DNA from: Bacteroidota bacterium
Lineage (GTDB): Bacteria > Bacteroidota > Bacteroidia > UKL13-3
DNA length: 64,000 nt
Direction: 5' to 3'
Assembly: GCA_037141455.1 (NCBI GenBank)
Contig: JBAXCN010000004.1
Span: 4,325-68,324, forward strand
Under the pieces are notes generated by a model. The model ran no database searches. It was given only the letters and a program-made list of their open reading frames with translations, and was not told the DNA's origin. Below are positions 57,141 through 64,000 of this stretch, piece by piece. The translations under genes were made by a program, and so were the position numbers. The stretch's first letter is position 1. Each line of letters begins with the position of its first letter.

Positions 57141-57220
57141 GGCGGCAATTTATTTATTTATTTATAAAAATGAGAAATATAACTTTTCAACTAATTGATT
57201 TTAAATATAATATTTTATCC

Positions 57221-60200
57221 CTAACTCAACAAATCAATAATCTCATTCACATCTATTGTTTTCATAAAGCTTTCTTCGGTGGTTATAATGTTATCGGCCA
57301 ATAGTTTCTTTTTTTGTTGCAAGGCAATAATCTTTTCTTCTACTGTGTCTTTGGTTATAAACTTATAAATAAATACCGATTTAGTTTGTCCTATTCTATG
57401 GGTTCTATCTACTGCTTGGCGTTCAATTGCTGGGTTCCACCAAGGATCAATTAAAAACACATAATCGGCATTGGTTAAGTTTAAGCCCAAACCTCCCGCT
57501 TTTAACGATATTAAAAAGAAAGGTAAATCCTCTTTTGATTGAAAATTCAACACCGCATTTTGCCTTTCTATATTTGTCATGCTTCCATCTAAATAACTGT
57601 ATGGATGCTTTTGTAAATCAAAGTTTTTTCTATAAATATCTAACTGTTTTACAAATTGCGAAAACATTAAAACTTTATGTCCTTCGGCTTTTGCTGTGTT
57701 TGCTCTGGCTATTACTTCATCAAATTTACCACTGCCAAATTCATATTCTTTATTAGCTAAAACAGGATGATTGGCTATTTGTCGCAATTTGGTTAGGCCC
57801 TTTAATAACGTAAAGTGCGACTTGCTAACACCTATTTCTGAAACCGATTTTAAAATTTCATTTCTGTAATACGATTTAGTAGTTTCGTAAGCTTCGGCTT
57901 GCTCATCTGTCATTTGGCAATAAATAATTTGCTCTGTTTTTTCGGGCAAATCTTTAGCCACCTGGTCTTTGGTTCTGCGCAATACAAATGGTTTAATAAT
58001 GGCTTTTAACTGTTGCATTTTAAACTCATCTTTTCCTTTTTCTATTGGCACCACAAAACGCTCGTTGAACGATGAAACACTGCCTAGCAAACCTGGATTA
58101 ACAAACGATAGCTGACTCCATAATTCCTGCACACCATTTTCTATTGGTGTTCCGGTTAATACCAATTTAAAGTTCGATTTAAGCAACCGAACCGCTTTCG
58201 ATGACTGAGAACTCGCATTTTTAATCGATTGGCTTTCGTCTAATATTATATAATTAAACTTGTGCTGAGCTAAAATGTCTGCATCAACTCTGGCAGTTCC
58301 GTATGTGGTTATTATTAAATCGAAGTTATTAAAGTAATGGCTACTTTTTATGCGTTGCGAGCCTGTGTAAACCAATATTTTTAAATTGGGAGTAAATTTC
58401 TTTGCTTCGTTTTGCCAGTTAAATACCAACGAGTTTGGAACTATTATTAAACTAGTTCTAACTAAACCATCACTAACAAACGATTCAATACTTAACTTGT
58501 TTTGAAAAGGTATATTTTCAGTTTGTAACCCCACAGCATTGTTTTGAGTATTTGCAGCACTAAATAAATCTATTTGCCCAATGCTATTGGTATTTGGTTG
58601 TATTTGGTTAAGTAAATTATTCTTTAAAACAATATTTGCTTTAGCACTTGATTGCGCTTTTGCACCAGGACTTGCTTTAAATAACTCGTGTTCTTTTTGA
58701 ATTAAAGCCAAAGTTTGTATTGTTTTTCCAAGTCCCATATCATCTGCAAGGCAACCTCCAAACTGATTTTCCTTTAAAAAGTAAAACCAATTAAATCCAG
58801 CTTGTTGGTATGGCCTTAATACACCTTTAAAATTTAAAGGCATTTCTGCATCTTTTATTTGCCCATAATTTTTTATTTTATCTAACTTATCGCTAAAGTT
58901 TAAATATTTACCGCCATTATTTGCAATCTCTTCCAGCAAACCAACGTGCTTTTTATCTATTATTATATCTTGGTTGTTAGTACTAAATTCAAGCAAACCA
59001 CTTAGGTCGCCAAACCATTCAATAGGAATTATGGCTATCATTCCGTTAGGCAATGTAAATTCCCTAATTCCTTTTAATATGTAATTACGCAGCGCAATAA
59101 AAGGTATTTTAAACTCGCCAAAAAAAACCAAAGCTTGTACATCGAACCAATCTTTTTGTTCATTTATTTCCAACTTCATTTCCCTAGCGCCTATAAAATA
59201 AGCCTTGTCATCTTGTAGTATTTTTATTCCTTCATTGGTTAAAGCACTGTGGTTTTCGTTTAACCATTCTAAAAAATCGTATTTGTTTGTGCCCTCGTTT
59301 ATAAGGTTTATATGGCTTGTATTTGCCTTTAACTTATTGCCTTTCAGCGTAAAGTAGGGGCCATTAAACTGTTTTAAACCCAATTTAACAAGCACTTCAT
59401 ACTTTTCTTGCTCAAAACTATTATTGCGTTTTACCCTAGTAAAAGTATAATTGTCGTTATGGTTTTTAACAGTTACCAGCACTTTGTTATTACTGCCATA
59501 TTCAAATGTAGCATCGTTGTACTTAAACGAAAGCTTTAATGCAATATCGTTTCCTATAACTTGCTGCATACTTAATTGCGTTTCGCCTTGTGGTTGTTGG
59601 GTATTTATTTCAAAACCTTCGGCATATACATTGTATTTTTCTATAAGTTGGTATACAAATTTATTAAAATATACCTCTTCTGATGATTTGTTAATTTGAA
59701 TAAATCGTTTGTTTAAAAATGGCTGTAGCTTTTTGCCATCTAAGTCTTTTTCAAAATCAAACAAGTCGTTTCCAAGTAGCATCCATGCTGGGTTGTAGCA
59801 AACTATTTGGGCATTTTTAAACATAAATTCCACCCTTACCCCTTTAAATTTTATGGTTGGAAAATACCTAGTGCCTTCACTGTCTCTTTTAAAATGAAAC
59901 AAAACCGAAGCTTTTTCTTTGGCTACATCTATTTGAACCGATGTTGGATTATTGTCGTTACCTGTTTTAAAAATAGCTGTGCCTCTAAGCAGACACAATG
60001 CCTTGTTCATCCGCTCTTCAATAAATGGTTTTATTACTTTATCTAAAATTGGGTTTTCGTTTATTTTATTAAAAAACTCAGTGCTTTTTATTTTCTTTTT
60101 TGTTTCGGCATTAAATTTTTTAAATATAAAGTCATCGTCTAGTTCATCTAATATGGCTATTATTTCATAATCTATTTTTTGCAAACATCTTTTAAAGTAG

Positions 60201-60352
60201 TCGAGTGTTTTAGTAAATACACGTTGGTGAGTAAGCGAGTATTTACCCAAGCTATTTATTTGAACTATATGTGGTTCAAGCAAATAACCTAAGTGTGGGT
60301 GATTTACAAGCGTATAAACTAAAGAGAAGGGTTGAGTATTAACTACAATCAA
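57221..60352 (-). CDS. SNF2-family helicase with a large N-terminal bacterial SNF2-associated region
   Basis: 1043-aa ORF with a TTG start. It has LRPYQ, motif I LADDMGLGKT, motif II DESQ.IKN, and C-terminal helicase motifs (LMFSQF, SLKAGG.GLNLT, DPWWNPA.E.QA.DR.HRIGQ). Confidence 0.9.
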   Translation of the reverse strand: MIVVNTQPFSLVYTLVNHPHLGYLLEPHIVQINSLGKYSLTHQRVFTKTLDYFKRCLQKIDYEIIAILDELDDDFIFKKFNAETKKKIKSTEFFNKINENPILDKVIKPFIEERMNKALCLLRGTAIFKTGNDNNPTSVQIDVAKEKASVLFHFKRDSEGTRYFPTIKFKGVRVEFMFKNAQIVCYNPAWMLLGNDLFDFEKDLDGKKLQPFLNKRFIQINKSSEEVYFNKFVYQLIEKYNVYAEGFEINTQQPQGETQLSMQQVIGNDIALKLSFKYNDATFEYGSNNKVLVTVKNHNDNYTFTRVKRNNSFEQEKYEVLVKLGLKQFNGPYFTLKGNKLKANTSHINLINEGTNKYDFLEWLNENHSALTNEGIKILQDDKAYFIGAREMKLEINEQKDWFDVQALVFFGEFKIPFIALRNYILKGIREFTLPNGMIAIIPIEWFGDLSGLLEFSTNNQDIIIDKKHVGLLEEIANNGGKYLNFSDKLDKIKNYGQIKDAEMPLNFKGVLRPYQQAGFNWFYFLKENQFGGCLADDMGLGKTIQTLALIQKEHELFKASPGAKAQSSAKANIVLKNNLLNQIQPNTNSIGQIDLFSAANTQNNAVGLQTENIPFQNKLSIESFVSDGLVRTSLIIVPNSLVFNWQNEAKKFTPNLKILVYTGSQRIKSSHYFNNFDLIITTYGTARVDADILAQHKFNYIILDESQSIKNASSQSSKAVRLLKSNFKLVLTGTPIENGVQELWSQLSFVNPGLLGSVSSFNERFVVPIEKGKDEFKMQQLKAIIKPFVLRRTKDQVAKDLPEKTEQIIYCQMTDEQAEAYETTKSYYRNEILKSVSEIGVSKSHFTLLKGLTKLRQIANHPVLANKEYEFGSGKFDEVIARANTAKAEGHKVLMFSQFVKQLDIYRKNFDLQKHPYSYLDGSMTNIERQNAVLNFQSKEDLPFFLISLKAGGLGLNLTNADYVFLIDPWWNPAIERQAVDRTHRIGQTKSVFIYKFITKDTVEEKIIALQQKKKLLADNIITTEESFMKTIDVNEIIDLLS

Positions 60353-60409
60353 ATTATGGTAAGATTAATGGGGGTAAAGGTAAGGGAATTATTCATGAAT
60401 GTTAAATTA

Positions 60410-60494
60410 TGAATGTTGAATTTTTATCACGCAAGGCGTGAATGAATTTTTATCACGCAAGGCGTGAATGAGTTTTTATCACACAAGGCGTGAA
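60410..60494 (+). repeat. Second copy of the hairpin array: one 33-nt unit plus two 26-nt units
   Basis: tgaatgttgaatttttatcacgcaaggcgtgaa, tgaatttttatcacgcaaggcgtgaa, tgagtttttatcacacaaggcgtgaa. The orientation and 33-nt lead unit match 55124-55260. Confidence 0.95.
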
Positions 60495-60535
60495 TGAATG
60501 TTGAAATAAAAATACTACTCATTCTAAATGTTTTA

Positions 60536-60793
60536 AAAACAACAATCCTGAAAGGATTGAATATTAATAGCCTCGAATGAAATTCGAGGTATAAAAGTTA
60601 AACACAACAACGACCCTAAAAGGGTCGAATTACAGCAGGAAGTCTGCATTAAATTTCGTTGTTAAAAAAACAACAATCCTGAAAGGATTTAATATTACTA
60701 GCCTCGAATGAAATTCGAGGTATAAAAGTTAACCACAACAACGACCCTAAAAGGGTCGAATAATAGCAAGTAATCTTCATTAAATTTCGTTGC
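60536..60793 (+). repeat. ~130-bp three-hairpin element in two tandem copies
   Basis: The period is 131 bp (aatcctg at 60544 and 60675). Each copy has aatcc-tgaaa-ggatt, cctcgaat-gaa-attcgagg and cgaccct-aaa-agggtcg. Confidence 0.92.
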
Positions 60794-60907
60794 TAAAAAT
60801 AAAGTATATCCTGATTATTGAATTTACTTGCTTCCAACAAATGCATTTTTATATTTGGCAAACATTTAACAGTAAACACCTATTTTCCAATAAACAACAA
60901 ATTAAAA

Positions 60908-61696
60908 ATGAAAAATGCTTTAATTTATACAATTGGTTTCGCTTTAATTACAAGTTGTACATCTAGAGCAAAACTTCAAAAAGGATTTCAAGTAAACAAT
61001 TATGAGGAAAGCCCAGAAACGTCAAATATCAATGGATTGGAAAAAGATTCTTTGAAATTTGAAACCCGTCCGGGAGGTGTTTTATTAACTGGTATTCCAA
61101 ATGTGCGAGTAACTTCTATTTTTAAAGTGAATTATAAAAAAGATAAAAAAACCACTTTTATTGGGTCTAATAATTTTATTACTAAAGAAGAAAATTACGA
61201 ATATAATCCTAACAATACCAATATTTGGAATAACCATATTTTGCCGGGATTTGAGGCTGTTTACGGTTATAATTTTGTAAATATTTCTCATTACGATATG
61301 AAGGAAAATAAACAAAAGCTATTTTTTGAAAAACCTGTACTTATTAAAACATTTTATTATCCATCTTTTATTAAAGATACTTTAAATTATAAACCAGTTA
61401 ATAGAAATTACTTTATTGTTTCACTTTATAATGATGATACCAATAAAGATGACTTTATTAATTCAAACGACCTTAGAAGAATCTATCTATTTAATATTAA
61501 TGGTGAAAAACAAAAGTTTTTGGTTCCAGAAAACTATTCAGTTATTAAATCAGAATATGATTCAGAAAACGACTTAATGTTTGTGTTTGCGCAGTTAGAC
61601 TCAAATCAAAATGGGAGTAAGGATGAAAGTGAACCAATGCATGTTTTTTGGATTGACTTAAAAGATCCAAATAGAACAGGACAACAATATAAATAA
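60908..61696 (+). CDS. Hypothetical lipoprotein
   Basis: From the ATG at 60908 the ORF begins MKNALIYTIGFALITSC (signal peptide plus lipobox). The 30-aa extension in the track is unlikely. Confidence 0.5.
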   Translation: MKNALIYTIGFALITSCTSRAKLQKGFQVNNYEESPETSNINGLEKDSLKFETRPGGVLLTGIPNVRVTSIFKVNYKKDKKTTFIGSNNFITKEENYEYNPNNTNIWNNHILPGFEAVYGYNFVNISHYDMKENKQKLFFEKPVLIKTFYYPSFIKDTLNYKPVNRNYFIVSLYNDDTNKDDFINSNDLRRIYLFNINGEKQKFLVPENYSVIKSEYDSENDLMFVFAQLDSNQNGSKDESEPMHVFWIDLKDPNRTGQQYK

Positions 61697-61773
61697 GATT
61701 AAAAATTGATTGTTTTTAAAATCAAACTCAATTTAATAATGAACCAAAAAACACATAAGTTTGAGGCTTTAAT

Positions 61774-62742
61774 ATGAAAACATACCAACAACTATTTGAA
61801 CTATTTTCTAGCCATATCAATGCGGCTAATTATGGTGCTAATCCTAAAGAATTGTACGAACCAATTAATTATATGATGCAATTGGGAGGCAAACGTTTGC
61901 GCCCAATTTTGGCATTAATGGCTTGCGATTTATTTGATTCATATATTGAAAAAGCGTTACATGCAGCTCATGCTATTGAGGTATTTCATAACTTTACTTT
62001 GGTGCACGATGATATCATGGATAATGCACCTTTGCGAAGAGGCAAGGAAACTGTTTATAAAAAATGGAACATGCCTATTGCCATTTTAAGTGGTGATCTG
62101 ATGATGATAAAAGCTACGCAATTGCTTTGCGAAACTGAAACCACTCATTTAAAACTACTACTCGATATTTTTAACAGAACAGCCATTGAAGTATGCGAAG
62201 GGCAGCAAATTGACATGAATTTTGAAACCCAAAAGTCTGTTTCGCACGATGAATATTTGGAAATGATAAAGCTTAAAACTGCTGTTTTGTTAGGTTGCTC
62301 ATTGCAATTAGGTGCATTAATTGGTGGAGCCAATAACGGGGATGCTTTAAACCTTTATGAATTTGGTAAAAACATTGGCATTGCATTTCAAATACAAGAT
62401 GATATTTTAGATACTTTTGGCGATGGAACCATAACTGGCAAGCAAGTGGGTGGTGATATTATTGCCAACAAAAAAACACTTTTATTAATAGAACTTTTTG
62501 AATCGGTGCATAAAGATGATAAGAAATTATTAGACGACCTGATGCAATTAACCGATACTGAACAAAAAGTACAAAGCGTAATTAATTTGTATGATAAATA
62601 CTTAATTAAACAATTTGCCGAAAGCAAAAAACAACAATATTTAGATTTAGCCTACAAGCATTTAGCTGATGTAAGTGTAGATGAAACAAAGAAATCCATA
62701 TTAATAAATACAGCCGAAGGGTTGATGAACAGGGTGAGTTAA
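61774..62742 (+). CDS. Polyprenyl diphosphate synthase (trans-IPPS family)
   Basis: 322-aa ORF with first and second Asp-rich motifs (LVHDDIMDNAPLRRG and QIQDDILD). Confidence 0.88.
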   Translation: MKTYQQLFELFSSHINAANYGANPKELYEPINYMMQLGGKRLRPILALMACDLFDSYIEKALHAAHAIEVFHNFTLVHDDIMDNAPLRRGKETVYKKWNMPIAILSGDLMMIKATQLLCETETTHLKLLLDIFNRTAIEVCEGQQIDMNFETQKSVSHDEYLEMIKLKTAVLLGCSLQLGALIGGANNGDALNLYEFGKNIGIAFQIQDDILDTFGDGTITGKQVGGDIIANKKTLLLIELFESVHKDDKKLLDDLMQLTDTEQKVQSVINLYDKYLIKQFAESKKQQYLDLAYKHLADVSVDETKKSILINTAEGLMNRVS

Positions 62743-62857
62743 TTAAGTGTTTATGTGTTGAAGTGTTAAGGTGGTAAAGTACAGAAGTGTTAAGGTTTTT
62801 AAAAAATATACGTATAATAACTTAAACACTTAAACACATAAAAACTTAAACACTTTA
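62743..62857. repeat. Inverted pair of AAGTGTT-type octamer arrays (large imperfect palindrome)
   Basis: The left arm is ttaagtgtttatgtgttgaagtgttaagg...agaagtgttaagg. The right arm is cttaaacacttaaacacataaaaacttaaacactt. It starts on the base after the upstream TAA stop. Confidence 0.8.
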
Positions 62858-62970
62858 AAACAACAACTAACAACAATAAAGTGGATAAGTGATTCAAATA
62901 TAATAGCAATTTTTAAAAATTTGTTTAGGTTTGCCGCCACTATTATTTAAACCTTTAAAACATAAAAAAT

Positions 62971-64000
62971 ATGTCACAAAAAGATAACGTGATTAAGCAT
63001 GGCTCAGAAAACCCATTCGAGTCAATGAAACAAAGATTTGACCAAGCAGCAAAAATTATTGGTCTTGACGAAAGCGATTACAATGTATTAATTGCTCCAC
63101 AAAAAACAGTTATTGTAAATATACCTGTAACAATGGACGATGGGAAAGTGAAAGTATTTGAAGGTTTTAGAGTAGTTCATAATGCCAATTTAGGCCCAAG
63201 TAAAGGTGGAATTCGTTACAGTATGGATGTACATTTAGATGAAGTAAAAGCTTTAGCAGCTTGGATGACATGGAAATGTGCAGTTGTTGGAATTCCTTAT
63301 GGTGGTGGAAAAGGTGGTATTAAATGCGATCCAAAAAGCATGAGCAAAGGTGAGTTAGAAAGATTAACTCGTTCTTACACTGATATGATGGTGGATGTAT
63401 TTGGTCCTGATAAAGACATTCCTGCTCCTGATATGGGAACCGGACCGCAAGAAATGGCTTGGATTATGGATGAATATTCAAAATTAGTAGGTCGTTCTTC
63501 TCCAGCAGTAGTAACCGGTAAACCAATTGTTTTAGGAGGTTCATTAGGCAGAGTAGAAGCAACAGGACGTGGTGTTATGGTTTCAACCAGAGCAGCTTTA
63601 GGTAAATTAGGTATTAGCCCAATTGGCGCTACTTGTGCTGTTCAAGGTTTTGGAAATGTTGGTTCAATCAGTGCTAAATTAATTGCGCAACAAGGTTTAA
63701 AAATTGTTGCAATCAGCGATGTAAGCGGTGCTTACCATAATGCAGAAGGAATTAACATTGAAGAAGCTATTGCCTACCGTGATGGCAATAATGGAACTTT
63801 AGAGGGTTACAAAGCAACTAAAATTACCAATGCTGAATTGCTTGAATTAGATGTAACAGTATTAGTTCCGGCTGCTATGGAAGACCAAATTACTGAAGAA
63901 AACGCATCAAGAATAAAAGCTAAAATTATAGTAGAAGGTGCAAATGGCCCTACTAGTGCTAGTGCTGATCATATTTTAAATGAAAAAGGAATTATGGTAG
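62971..64000 (+). CDS. Glutamate dehydrogenase (Glu/Leu/Phe/Val dehydrogenase family), 3'-truncated by the window edge
   Basis: Not in the ORF track because it has no stop in the window. It is an open frame from the ATG at 62971 with GPSKGGIRY, KCAVVGIPYGGGKGG and a Rossmann GFGNVG. Confidence 0.88.
   Translation, partial: MSQKDNVIKHGSENPFESMKQRFDQAAKIIGLDESDYNVLIAPQKTVIVNIPVTMDDGKVKVFEGFRVVHNANLGPSKGGIRYSMDVHLDEVKALAAWMTWKCAVVGIPYGGGKGGIKCDPKSMSKGELERLTRSYTDMMVDVFGPDKDIPAPDMGTGPQEMAWIMDEYSKLVGRSSPAVVTGKPIVLGGSLGRVEATGRGVMVSTRAALGKLGISPIGATCAVQGFGNVGSISAKLIAQQGLKIVAISDVSGAYHNAEGINIEEAIAYRDGNNGTLEGYKATKITNAELLELDVTVLVPAAMEDQITEENASRIKAKIIVEGANGPTSASADHILNEKGIMV

Noticed and set aside
57221-60352. 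SNF2 helicase as part of a defence system (DISARM, Zorya ZorD-like or BREX-associated).
   Set aside because: No methyltransferase, DUF1998, PLD, ZorA/B or other partner genes are adjacent. The N-terminal region and size fit the widespread stand-alone bacterial SNF2/RapA-like family. The neighbours are secreted proteins of unknown function.

Overview
This is a 64-kb chromosomal segment of a low-GC Bacteroidota genome, judged by eye. Gene content looks Flavobacteriia/Cytophagia-like: a T9SS C-terminal sorting domain, a PorV-like barrel, DUF1573, long-form NusB, bshB1, TAnnTTTG-type -7 boxes and several TTG starts. There are about 70 protein genes, nearly all core metabolism or envelope. They include accA, dapD, lipA, rsmG, Leu dehydrogenase, nusB-DUF1573-yajC-coaE, SulP plus beta-carbonic anhydrase, selD, rnhA, nth, upp, acpP-fabF-rnc, purC and hsp20. 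Also present are a 1243-aa orphan sensor kinase, hldD, mltG, a 1043-aa SNF2 helicase, a polyprenyl synthase and a glutamate dehydrogenase that runs off the 3' edge. Two tRNA genes are present, tRNA-Arg(ACG) and tRNA-Asp(GTC). I see no rRNA, CRISPR/cas, transposase, integrase, phage genes or recognisable defence island. The only small accessory modules are a RelE/ParE-like TA pair and a small-ORF plus minimal-nucleotidyltransferase pair. What the gene list does not explain is the non-coding DNA. Nine intergenic regions share a vocabulary of GC-rich short-loop hairpins and 7- and 8-nt microsatellite arrays that begin at, or supply, stop codons. A 26-nt hairpin array flanks the SNF2 locus on both sides. 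There is a ~203-bp MITE-like element with terminal inverted repeats and a duplicated target. A three-hairpin ~90-nt core occurs three times with compensatory stem substitutions. Two structural scars are visible: a 171-bp duplicate of the SNF2 3' end bracketing a two-gene cassette (a Campbell-type insertion signature), and a response-regulator/histidine-kinase deletion chimera. No function can be assigned to any of these from sequence alone. I flag the repeat system as the most likely undescribed biology here, with the DUF3109-ABC ATPase-selD operon as a secondary candidate.
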